A stretch of DNA of 64,000 nucleotides from Eledone cirrhosa (Eukaryota), in assembly GCA_964016885.1 (NCBI GenBank), contig OZ024743.1, positions 132,618,001 through 132,682,000 of the forward strand. The letters run 5' to 3'. A program made the position numbers and the translations under genes. The notes beneath the pieces are model-generated. The model did no database searches, was not told the DNA's origin, and was given only the letters and a program-made list of their open reading frames with translations. Positions within the stretch are counted from its first letter, which is position 1, and each line of letters begins with the position of its first letter. Shown here in pieces: positions 35,201-47,200 of this stretch.

Positions 35201-38200
35201 GTGTTTGGTGTTTGGTGCTTGGTGCTTGGTGTTTGGTGCTTGGTGCTTGGTGATTAGTGTTTGGTGCTTGCTGCTTGGGGTTTGGTGTTTGGTGCTTGGT
35301 GCTTGGTGTTTGGTGCTTGGTGCTTGGTGTTTGGTGCTTGGTGTTTGGTTTTTGCTGTTTGGTGTTTGGTGTTTGGTGTTTGCTGTTTGCTGTTGGCTTT
35401 TTGATGTTTGGTGTTTGCTGTATGGTGTTTGCTGTTTCGTGTTTATTGTTTGCTGTTTGGTGTTTGGTGTTTGGTGTTTGCTGTTTCCTGTTTGGTCTTT
35501 AGTCTTTGGTGCTTGGTGTTTGGTGCTTGGTGCTTGGTGTTTGGTATTTGGTGCTTGGTGTTTGGTGCTTGGTGCTTGGTACTTGTTGTTTGGTGATTGG
35601 TGCTTGGTGCTTGGTGTTTGGTGTTTGATGCTTGGTGTTTGGTGTTTGGTGCTTGGTGCTTCGTGTTTGGTGTTTGATGCTTGGTGCTTGATGTTTGGTG
35701 CTTGGTGCTTGGTGTTTGGTGCTTGGTGTTTGTACTTGTTGCTTGGTGCTTGATGTTTGGTGCTTGGTTTTTGGTGCTTGGTGTTTGGTGTTTGCTGTTT
35801 GCTGTTTGGTGCTTGGTGTTTGCTGTTTGGTGTTTGTTGTTTGGTGTTTGCTGTTTGGTGTTTGCTGTTTGGTGTTTGGTGCTTGGTGTTTGGTGCTTGG
35901 TGCTTAGTGTTTGGTGTTTGGTGTTTGGTGCTTGGTGCTTGGGGCTTGGTGTTTGGTGCTTGGTGCTTGGTGCTTGGTGCTTGGTGTTTGGTGCATGGTG
36001 CTTGGTGCTTGGTGTTTGTCGCTTGGTGCTTGGTGCTTGGTGTTTGGTGCTTGGTGTTTGGTGTTTGGTGCTTGGTGTTTGGTGTTTGGTGTTTGGTGTT
36101 TGAATTTTGCTGTTTGGTGTTTGCTGTTTGCTGTTTGGTGTCTGCTTTTTGGTGTTTGGTGTTTTCTGTATGGTGTTTGCTGTTTCGTGTTTGGTGTTTG
36201 CTGTTTGGTGTTTGGTGCTTGGTGCTTGGATTTTGGTGCTTGGTGCCTGGTGCTTGGTGTTTGGTGTTTGAAGCTTGGTGCTTGATGCTTGGTGCTTGGT
36301 GTTTGGTGCTTGGTGCTTGGTGTTTGTACTTGTTACTTGGTGCTTGGTGTCTGGTGTTTGGTGCTTGGTGTCTGGTGTTTTGTGCTTGGTGTTTGGTGTT
36401 TGGTGTTTGGTGCTTGGTGCTTGGTGTTTGGTGCTTGGTGCTTGGTGCTGGGTGGTTGGTGTTTGGTGCTTGGTGCTTGGTGTTTGGTGCTTGGTGCATG
36501 GTGCTTGGTGTTTGGTGCTTGGTGCTTGGTCTTTGGTGTTTGGTGTTTAGTGCTTGGTGTTTGGTGTTTGGTGCTTGGTGTTTGGTGCTTGGTGCCTGGT
36601 GCTTGTTGTTTGGTGCTTGGTGTTTGGTGTTTGGTGTTTGGTGCTTGGTGTTTGGTGTTTGGTGCTTGGTGCTTGGTGTTTGGTGTTTGATGCTTGGTGC
36701 TTGGTGCTTGGTGTTTGGTGTTTGCTGCTTGGTGTCTGGTGCTTGGTGCTTGGTGCTTGGTGTTTGGTGCTTGGTGATTGGTGCTTGGTCTTTGGTGCTG
36801 GGTGCTTGGTGTTTGGTGTTTGATGCTTGGTGTTTGATGCTTGTTGCTTGGTTCTTGGTGTTTGGTGCTTGGTGTTTCGTGCTTGGTGCTTGGTGCTTGG
36901 TGTTTGTTGCTTGGTACTTGGTGCATGGTGTTTGGTGCTGGGTGCTTGGTGTTTGGTGCTTGGTGTTTGGTGCTTGGTGCTTGGTGTTTGGTGTTTGGTG
37001 TTTGATGCTTGGTGCTTGGTGCTTGGTGTTTGGTGCTTGGTGTTTGTACTTGGTGCTTGGTGCTTGGTGTTTTGTGCTTAGTTCTTGGTGTTTGGTGTTT
37101 GGTGCTTGGTGCTTGGTGCTTGGTGTTAGGTGTTTGGTGCTTGGTGCTTGGTGTTTGGTCTTTGGTGCTTGGTGTTTGGTGCTTGGTGCTTGGTGTTTGC
37201 TGTTTGGTGCTAGATGCTTGGTGCTTGGTGTTTGGTGTTTGGTGTTTGGTGTTTGGTGCTTCGTGCTTGGGGTTTGGTGTTTGGTGCTTGGTGCTTGGTG
37301 CTTGGTCTTTGGTGCTTGGTGCTTGGTGTTTGGTATTTCGTGTTTGGTGCTTGGTGTTTGGTGCTTGGTGCTTGGTGCTGGGTGGTTGGTATTTGGTGCT
37401 TGGTGCTTGGTGTTTGGTGCTTGGTGTTTGGTGCTTGGTGCTTGGTGCTTGGTGCTTGGCGTTTGGTGCTTGGTGCTTGGTGCTTGGTCTTTGGTGTTTG
37501 GTGTTTGGTGTTTGGTGCTTGGTGCTTGGTGCTTGGTGTTTGGTGCTTGGTGATTAGTGTTTGGTGCTTGGTGCTTGGGGTTTGGTGTTTGGTGCTTGGT
37601 GCTTGGTGTTTGGTGCTTGGTACTTGGTGTTTGGTGCTTGGTGTTTGGTGTTTGCTGTTTGGTGTTTGGTGTTTGGTGTTTGGTGTTTGCTGTTTGGTGT
37701 CTGCATTTTGGTGTTTGGTGTTTGCTGTTAGGTGTTTGGTCTTTGGTGCTTGGTGTTTGGTGCTTGGTGTTTGGTGTTTGGTGCTTGGTGCTTGGTGTTT
37801 GGTGTTTAGTGCTTGGTGCTTGGTGCTTGGTGCTTGGTGCTTGGTCCTTGGTGTTTGGTGCTTGGTGCTTGGTGTTTGGTGTTTGGTGCTTGGTGCTTGG
37901 TGCTTTGTGTTTGGTGTTTGGTGCTTGGTGTCTGGAACTTGGTGTTTGGTGTTTGGTGCTTGGTGTTTGGTGTTTGGTGCTTGGTGCTTGGTGTTTGGTG
38001 CTTGGTGCTTGGTGTTTGTACTTGGTGCTTGGTGCTTGGTGTTTGGTGCTTGGTTCTTGGTGTTTGGTGCTTGGTGTTTGGAGCTTGGTGCTTGGTGTTT
38101 GGTGCTTGGTGCTTGGTGTTTGTACTTGGTGCTTGTTGCTTGGTGTTTGGTGCTTGGTTCTTGGTGTTTGGTGCTTGGTGTTTGGAGCTTGGTGCTTGGT

Positions 38201-41200
38201 GTTTGGTGCTTGGTGCTTGGTGTTTGGTGTTTGGTGCTTGGTGCTAGGTGTTTGGTGCTTGGTGCTTGGTGTTTGGTGTTTGGTTCTTGGTGCTTGGTAT
38301 TTGGTGCTTTGTGCTTGCTGCTTGGTGTTTGGTGCTTGGTGATTGATGCTTGGTGTTTGGTGCTTGGTGCTTGGTGTTTGGTTTTTGGTGCTAGGTGCTT
38401 GGTGCTTGGTTTTTGGTACTTGGTGCTTGGTGCTTGGTGTTTGGTTCTTGGTGCTTGGTGTTTGGTGTTTGGTGTTTGGTGCTTGGTGCTTGGTGTTTGG
38501 TGCTTGGTGCTTGGTGCTGGGTGGTTGGTGTTTGGTGCTTGGTGCTTGGCGTTTGGTGCTTGGTGCATGGTGCTTGGTGTTTGGTGCTTGGTGCTTGGTG
38601 CTTGGTCTTTGGTGTTTGGTGTTTAGTGCTTGGTGTTTGGTGTTTGGTGCTTGGTGTTTGGTGCTTGGTGCCTGGTGCTTGTTGTTTGGTGCTTGGTGTT
38701 TGGTGTTTGGTGTTTGGTGCTTGGTGTTTGGTGTTTGGTGCTTGGTGCTTGGTGTTTGGTGTTTGATGCTTGGTGCTTGGTGCTTGGTGTTTGGTGTTTG
38801 CTGCTTGGTGTCTGGTGCTTGGTGCTTGGTGCTTGGTGTTTGGTGCTTGGTGATTGGTGCTTGGTCTTTGGTGCTGGGTGCTTGGTGTTTGGTGTTTGAT
38901 GCTTGGTGTTTCATGCTTGTTGCTTGGTTCTTGGTGTTTGGTGCTTGGTGTTTCGTGCTTGGTGCTTGGTGTTTGGTGCTTGGTGCTTGGTGTTTGGTGA
39001 TTGGTGTATGGTGCTTGGTGCTTGGTGCTTGGTGTTAGGTGTTTGGTGCTTGGTGTTTGGTGTTTGGTGCTTCATGCTTGGTGCTTGGTGTTTGGTGCTT
39101 GGTGCTTGGTGTTTGGTGCTTGGTGCCTGGTATATGGTGTTTGGTGCTTGATGCTTGGTGATTGGTGTTTGGTGTTAGGTGTTTGGTGCTTGGTGCTTGG
39201 TGTTTGGTGCTTGGTGCTTGGTGTTTGGTGTTTGGTGCCTGGTGATTGGTGCTTGGTGTATGGTGCTTGGTGCTTGGTGTTTGGTGCTAGGTGCTTGGTG
39301 CTTGGTGCTTGGTGTTTGGTGCTTGGTGTTTGGTGCTTGGCACTTGGGGCTTGGTGTTTGGTGCTTGGTGCTTGGTGCTTGGTGTTTGGTGCTTGGTGCT
39401 TGGTGTTTGGTGTTTGGTGCTTGGTGTTTGGTGCTTGGTGTTTGGTGCTTGGTGCTTGGTGTTTGGTGCTTGGTGCTTGGTGCTTGGTGTTTGGTGCTTG
39501 GTGCTTGGTGCTTGGTCTTTGGTGCTTGGTGTTTGGTGTTTGGTGCTTGGTGCTTGGTGTTTGGTGCTTGGTGCTTGGTGATTAGTGTTTGGTGCTTGCT
39601 GCTTGGGGTTTGGTGTTTGGTGCTTGGTGCTTGGTGTTTGGTGCTTGGTGCTTGGTGTTTGGTGCTTGGTGTTTGGTTTTTGCTGTTTGGTGTTTGGTGT
39701 TTGGTGTTTGCTGTTTGCTGTTGGCTTTTTGATGTTTGGTGTTTGCTGTATGGTGTTTGCTGTTTCGTGTTTATTGTTTGCTGTTTGGTGTTTGGTGTTT
39801 GGTGTTTGCTGTTTCCTGTTTGGTCTTTAGTCTTTGGTGCTTGGTGTTTGGTGCTTGGTGCTTGGTGTTTGGTATTTGGTGCTTGGTGTTTGGTGCTTGG
39901 TGCTTGGTACTTGTTGTTTGGTGATTGGTGCTTGGTGCTTGGTGTTTGGTGTTTGATGCTTGGTGTTTGGTGTTTGGTGCTTGGTGCTTCGTGTTTGGTG
40001 TTTGATGCTTGGTGCTTGATGTTTGGTGCTTGGTGCTTGGTGTTTGGTGCTTGGTGTTTGTACTTGTTGCTTGGTGCTTGATGTTTGGTGCTTGGTTTTT
40101 GGTGCTTGGTGTTTGGTGTTTGCTGTTTGCTGTTTGGTGCTTGGTGTTTGCTGTTTGGTGTTTGTTGTTTGGTGTTTGCTGTTTGGTGTTTGCTGTTTGG
40201 TGTTTGGTGCTTGCTGTTTGGTGCTTGGTGTTTGGTGCTTGGTGCTTAGTGTTTGGTGTTTGGTGTTTGGTGCTTGGTGCTTGGGGCTTGGTGTTTGGTG
40301 CTTGGTGCTTGGTGCTTGGTGCTTGGTGTTTGGTGCATGGTGCTTGGTGCTTGGTGTTTGTCGCTTGGTGCTTGGTGCTTGGTGTTTGGTGCTTGGTGTT
40401 TGGTGTTTGGTGCTTGGTGTTTGGTGTTTGGTGTTTGGTGTTTGAATTTTGCTGTTTGGTGTTTGCTGTTTGCTGTTTGGTGTCTGCTTTTTGGTGTTTG
40501 GTGTTTTCTGTATGGTGTTTGCTGTTTCGTGTTTGGTGTTTGCTGTTTGGTGTTTGGTGCTTGGTGCTTGGATTTTGGTGCTTGGTGCCTGGTGCTTGGT
40601 GTTTGGTGTTTGAAGCTTGGTGCTTGATGCTTGGTGCTTGGTGTTTGGTGCTTGGTGCTTGGTGTTTGTACTTGTTACTTGGTGCTTGGTGTCTGGTGTT
40701 TGGTGCTTGGTGTCTGGTGTTTTGTGCTTGGTGTTTGGTGTTTGGTGTTTGGTGCTTGGTGCTTGGTGTTTGGTGCTTGGTGCTTGGTGCTGGGTGGTTG
40801 GTGTTTGGTGCTTGGTGCTTGGTGTTTGGTGCTTGGTGCATGGTGCTTGGTGTTTGGTGCTTGGTGCTTGGTCTTTGGTGTTTGGTGTTTAGTGCTTGGT
40901 GTTTGGTGTTTGGTGCTTGGTGTTTGGTGCTTGGTGCCTGGTGCTTGTTGTTTGGTGCTTGGTGTTTGGTGTTTGGTGTTTGGTGCTTGGTGTTTGGTGT
41001 TTGGTGCTTGGTGCTTGGTGTTTGGTGTTTGATGCTTGGTGCTTGGTGCTTGGTGTTTGGTGTTTGCTGCTTGGTGTCTGGTGCTTGGTGCTTGGTGCTT
41101 GGTGTTTGGTGCTTGGTGATTGGTGCTTGGTCTTTGGTGCTGGGTGCTTGGTGTTTGGTGTTTGATGCTTGGTGTTTGATGCTTGTTGCTTGGTTCTTGG

Positions 41201-44200
41201 TGTTTGGTGCTTGGTGTTTCGTGCTTGGTGCTTGGTGCTTGGTGTTTGTTGCTTGGTACTTGGTGCATGGTGTTTGGTGCTGGGTGCTTGGTGTTTGGTG
41301 CTTGGTGTTTGGTGCTTGGTGCTTGGTGTTTGGTGTTTGGTGTTTGATGCTTGGTGCTTGGTGCTTGGTGTTTGGTGCTTGGTGTTTGTACTTGGTGCTT
41401 GGTGCTTGGTGTTTTGTGCTTAGTTCTTGGTGTTTGGTGTTTGGTGCTTGGTGCTTGGTGCTTGGTGTTAGGTGTTTGGTGCTTGGTGCTTGGTGTTTGG
41501 TCTTTGGTGCTTGGTGTTTGGTGCTTGGTGCTTGGTGTTTGCTGTTTGGTGCTAGATGCTTGGTGCTTGGTGTTTGGTGTTTGGTGTTTGGTGTTTGGTG
41601 CTTCGTGCTTGGGGTTTGGTGTTTGGTGCTTGGTGCTTGGTGCTTGGTCTTTGGTGCTTGGTGCTTGGTGTTTGGTATTTCGTGTTTGGTGCTTGGTGTT
41701 TGGTGCTTGGTGCTTGGTGCTGGGTGGTTGGTATTTGGTGCTTGGTGCTTGGTGTTTGGTGCTTGGTGTTTGGTGCTTGGTGCTTGGTGCTTGGTGCTTG
41801 GCGTTTGGTGCTTGGTGCTTGGTGCTTGGTCTTTGGTGTTTGGTGTTTGGTGTTTGGTGCTTGGTGCTTGGTGCTTGGTGTTTGGTGCTTGGTGATTAGT
41901 GTTTGGTGCTTGGTGCTTGGGGTTTGGTGTTTGGTGCTTGGTGCTTGGTGTTTGGTGCTTGGTACTTGGTGTTTGGTGCTTGGTGTTTGGTGTTTGCTGT
42001 TTGGTGTTTGGTGTTTGGTGTTTGGTGTTTGCTGTTTGGTGTCTGCATTTTGGTGTTTGGTGTTTGCTGTTAGGTGTTTGGTCTTTGGTGCTTGGTGTTT
42101 GGTGCTTGGTGTTTGGTGTTTGGTGCTTGGTGCTTGGTGTTTGGTGTTTGGTGCTTGGTGCTTGGTGCTTGGTGTTTGGTGTTTGGTGCTTGGTGTTTGG
42201 TGTTTGGTGTTTGGTGCTTGGTGTTTGGTGTTTGGTGGCTGGTGTTTGGTGTTTATTGCTTGTTGCTTGGTGCTTGGTGCTTGGTGTTTGGTGTTTGGTG
42301 CTTGGTGCTTGGTGTTTGGTGCTTGGTGCTTGGTGTTTGTACTTGGTGCTTGGTGCTTGGTGTTTGGTGCTTGGTTCTTGGTGTTTGGTGCTTGGTGTTT
42401 GGTGCTTGGTGCTTGGTGTTTGGTGCTTGGTGCTTGGTGTTTGGTGTTTGGTGCTTGGTGCTTGGTGCTTGGTGTTTGGTGTTTGGTTCTTGGTGCTTGG
42501 TATTTGGTGCTTGGTGCTTGCTGCTTGGTGTTTGGTGCTTGGTGATTGATGCTTGGTGTTTGGTGCTTGGTGCTTGGTGTTTGGTTTTTGGTGCTAGGTG
42601 CTTGGTGCTTGGTGTTTGGTGCTTGGTGTTTGGTGTTTGGTGCTTGGTGCTTGGTGTTTGGTACTTGGTGCTTGGTGCTTGGTGTTTGGTGCTTGGTGCT
42701 TGGTGTTTGGTGTTTGGTGTTTGGTGCTTGGTGCTTGGTGTTTGGTGCTTGGTGCTTGGTGCTGGGTGGTTGGTGTTTGGTGCTTGGTGCTTGGTGTTTG
42801 GTGCTAGGTGCATGGTGCTTGGTGTTTGGTGCTTGGTGCTTGGTGCTTGGTCTTTGGTGTTTGGTGTTTAGTGCTTGGTGCTTGGTGCTTGGTGCTTGGT
42901 GCTTGGTCCTTGGTGTTTGGTGCTTGGTGCTTGGTGTTTGGTGTTTGGTGCTTGGTGCTTGGTGCTTTGTGTTTGGTGTTTGGTGCTTGGTGTCTGGAAC
43001 TTGGTGTTTGGTGTTTGGTGCTTGGTGTTTGGTGTTTGGTGCTTGGTGCTTGGTGTTTGGTGCTTGGTGCTTGGTGTTTGTACTTGGTGCTTGGTGCTTG
43101 GTGTTTGGTGCTTGGTTCTTGGTGTTTGGTGCTTGGTGTTTGGAGCTTGGTGCTTGGTGTTTGGTGCTTGGTGCTTGGTGTTTGTACTTGGTGCTTGTTG
43201 CTTGGTGTTTGGTGCTTGGTTCTTGGTGTTTGGTGCTTGGTGTTTGGAGCTTGGTGCTTGGTGTTTGGTGCTTGGTGCTTGGTGTTTGGTGTTTGGTGCT
43301 TGGTGCTAGGTGTTTGGTGCTTGGTGCTTGGTGTTTGGTGTTTGGTTCTTGGTGCTTGGTATTTGGTGCTTTGTGCTTGCTGATTGGTGTTTGGTGCTTG
43401 GTGATTGATGCTTGGTGTTTGGTGCTTGGTGCTTGGTGTTTGGTTTTTGGTGCTAGGTGCTTGGTGCTTGGTTTTTGGTACTTGGTGCTTGGTGCTTGAT
43501 GTTTGGTGCTTGGTTTTTGGTGCTTGGTGTTTGGTGTTTGCTGTTTGCTGTTTGGTGCTTGGTGTTTGCTGTTTGGTGTTTGTTGTTTGGTGTTTGCTGT
43601 TTGGTGTTTGCTGTTTGGTGTTTGGTGCTTGCTGTTTGGTGCTTGGTGTTTGGTGCTTGGTGCTTAGTGTTTGGTGTTTGGTGTTTGGTGCTTGGTGCTT
43701 GGGGCTTGGTGTTTGGTGCTTGGTGCTTGGTGCTTGGTGCTTGGTGTTTGGTGCATGGTGCTTGGTGCTTGGTGTTTGTCGCTTGGTGCTTGGTGCTTGG
43801 TGTTTGGTGCTTGGTGTTTGGTGTTTGGTGCTTGGTGTTTGGTGTTTGGTGTTTGGTGTTTGAATGTTGCTGTTTGGTGTTTGCTGTTTGCTGTTTGGTG
43901 TCTGCTTTTTGGTGTTTGGTGTTTTCTGTATGGTGTTTGCTGTTTCGTGTTTGGTGTTTGCTGTTTGGTGTTTGGTGCTTGGTGCTTGGATTTTGGTGCT
44001 TGGTGCCTGGTGCTTGGTGTTTGGTGTTTGAAGCTTGGTGCTTGATGCTTGGTGCTTGGTGTTTGGTGCTTGGTGCTTGGTGTTTGTACTTGTTACTTGG
44101 TGCTTGGTGTCTGGTGTTTGGTGCTTGGTGTCTGGTGTTTTGTGCTTGGTGTTTGGTGTTTGGTGTTTGGTGCTTGGTGCTTGGTGTTTGGTGCTTGGTG

Positions 44201-47200
44201 CTTGGTGCTGGGTGGTTGGTGTTTGGTGCTTGGTGCTTGGTGTTTGGTGCTTGGTGCATGGTGCTTGGTGTTTGGTGCTTGGTGCTTGGTCTTTGGTGTT
44301 TGGTGTTTAGTGCTTGGTGTTTGGTGTTTGGTGCTTGGTGTTTGGTGCTTGGTGCCTGGTGCTTGTTGTTTGGTGCTTGGTGTTTGGTGTTTGGTGTTTG
44401 GTGCTTGGTGTTTGGTGTTTGGTGCTTGGTGCTTGGTGTTTGGTGTTTGATGCTTGGTGCTTGGTGCTTGGTGTTTGGTGTTTGCTGCTTGGTGTCTGGT
44501 GCTTGGTGCTTGGTGCTTGGTGTTTGGTGCTTGGTGATTGGTGCTTGGTCTTTGGTGCTGGGTGCTTGGTGTTTGGTGTTTGATGCTTGGTGTTTGATGC
44601 TTGTTGCTTGGTTCTTGGTGTTTGGTGCTTGGTGTTTCGTGCTTGGTGCTTGGTGCTTGGTGTTTGTTGCTTGGTACTTGGTGCATGGTGTTTGGTGCTG
44701 GGTGCTTGGTGTTTGGTGCTTGGTGTTTGGTGCTTGGTGCTTGGTGTTTGGTGTTTGGTGTTTGATGCTTGGTGCTTGGTGCTTGGTGTTTGGTGCTTGG
44801 TGTTTGTACTTGGTGCTTGGTGCTTGGTGTTTTGTGCTTAGTTCTTGGTGTTTGGTGTTTGGTGCTTGGTGCTTGGTGCTTGGTGTTAGGTGTTTGGTGC
44901 TTGGTGCTTGGTGTTTGGTCTTTGGTGCTTGGTGTTTGGTGCTTGGTGCTTGGTGTTTGCTGTTTGGTGCTAGATGCTTGGTGCTTGGTGTTTGGTGTTT
45001 GGTGTTTGGTGTTTGGTGCTTCGTGCTTGGGGTTTGGTGTTTGGTGCTTGGTGCTTGGTGCTTGGTCTTTGGTGCTTGGTGCTTGGTGTTTGGTATTTCG
45101 TGTTTGGTGCTTGGTGTTTGGTGCTTGGTGCTTGGTGCTGGGTGGTTGGTATTTGGTGCTTGGTGCTTGGTGTTTGGTGCTTGGTGTTTGGTGCTTGGTG
45201 CTTGGTGCTTGGTGCTTGGCGTTTGGTGCTTGGTGCTTGGTGCTTGGTCTTTGGTGTTTGGTGTTTGGTGTTTGGTGCTTGGTGCTTGGTGCTTGGTGTT
45301 TGGTGCTTGGTGATTAGTGTTTGGTGCTTGGTGCTTGGGGTTTGGTGTTTGGTGCTTGGTGCTTGGTGTTTGGTGCTTGGTACTTGGTGTTTGGTGCTTG
45401 GTGTTTGGTGTTTGCTGTTTGGTGTTTGGTGTTTGGTGTTTGGTGTTTGCTGTTTGGTGTCTGCATTTTGGTGTTTGGTGTTTGCTGTATGGTGTTTGCT
45501 GTTTCGTGTTTGGTGTTTGCTGTTAGGTGTTTGGTCTTTGGTGCTTGGTGTTTGGTGCTTGGTGTTTGGTGTTTGGTGCTTGGTGCTTGGTGTTTGGTGT
45601 TTGGTGCTTGGTGCTTGGTGCTTGGTGTTTGGTGTTTGGTGCTTGGTGTTTGGTGTTTGGTGTTTGGTGCTTGGTGTTTGGTGTTTGGTGGCTGGTGTTT
45701 GGTGTTTATTGCTTGTTGCTTGGTGCTTGGTGCTTGGTGTTTGGTGTTTGGTGCTTGGTGCTTGGTGTTTGGTGCTTGGTGCTTGGTGTTTGTACTTGGT
45801 GCTTGGTGCTTGGTGTTTGGTGCTTGGTTCTTGGTGTTTGGTGCTTGGTGTTTGGTGCTTGGTGCTTGGTGTTTGGTGCTTGGTGCTTGGTGTTTGGTGT
45901 TTGGTGCTTGGTGCTTGGTGCTTGGTGTTTGGTGTTTGGTTCTTGGTGCTTGGTATTTGGTGCTTGGTGCTTGCTGCTTGGTGTTTGGTGCTTGGTGATT
46001 GATGCTTGGTGTTTGGTGCTTGGTGCTTGGTGTTTGGTTTTTGGTGCTAGGTGCTTGGTGCTTGGTGTTTGGTGCTTGGTGTTTGGTGTTTGGTGCTTGG
46101 TGCTTGGTGTTTGGTACTTGGTGCTTGGTGCTTGGTGTTTGGTGCTTGGTGCTTGGTGTTTGGTGTTTGGTGTTTGGTGCTTGGTGCTTGGTGTTTGGTG
46201 CTTGGTGCTTGGTGCTGGGTGGTTGGTGTTTGGTGCTTGGTGCTTGGTGTTTGGTGCTAGGTGCATGGTGCTTGGTGTTTGGTGCTTGGTGCTTGGTGCT
46301 TGGTCTTTGGTGTTTGGTGTTTAGTGCTTGGTGCTTGGTGCTTGGTGCTTGGTGCTTGGTCCTTGGTGTTTGGTGCTTGGTGCTTGGTGTTTGGTGTTTG
46401 GTGCTTGGTGCTTGGTGCTTTGTGTTTGGTGTTTGGTGCTTGGTGTCTGGAACTTGGTGTTTGGTGTTTGGTGCTTGGTGTTTGGTGTTTGGTGCTTGGT
46501 GCTTGGTGTTTGGTGCTTGGTGCTTGGTGTTTGTACTTGGTGCTTGGTGCTTGGTGTTTGGTGCTTGGTTCTTGGTGTTTGGTGCTTGGTGTTTGGAGCT
46601 TGGTGCTTGGTGTTTGGTGCTTGGTGCTTGGTGTTTGTACTTGGTGCTTGTTGCTTGGTGTTTGGTGCTTGGTTCTTGGTGTTTGGTGCTTGGTGTTTGG
46701 AGCTTGGTGCTTGGTGTTTGGTGCTTGGTGCTTGGTGTTTGGTGTTTGGTGCTTGGTGCTAGGTGTTTGGTGCTTGGTGCTTGGTGTTTGGTGTTTGGTT
46801 CTTGGTGCTTGGTATTTGGTGCTTTGTGCTTGCTGATTGGTGTTTGGTGCTTGGTGATTGATGCTTGGTGTTTGGTGCTTGGTGCTTGGTGTTTGGTTTT
46901 TGGTGCTAGGTGCTTGGTGCTTGGTTTTTGGTACTTGGTGCTTGGTGCTTGGTGTTTGGTTCTTGGTGCTTGGTGTTTGGTGTTTGGTGTTTGGTGCTTG
47001 GTGCTTGGTGTTTGGTGCTTGGTGCTTGGTGCTGGGTGGTTGGTGTTTGGTGCTTGGTGCTTGGCGTTTGGTGCTTGGTGCATGGTGCTTGGTGTTTGGT
47101 GCTTGGTGCTTGGTGCTTGGTCTTTGGTGTTTGGTGTTTAGTGCTTGGTGTTTGGTGTTTGGTGCTTGGTGTTTGGTGCTTGGTGCCTGGTGCTTGTTGT

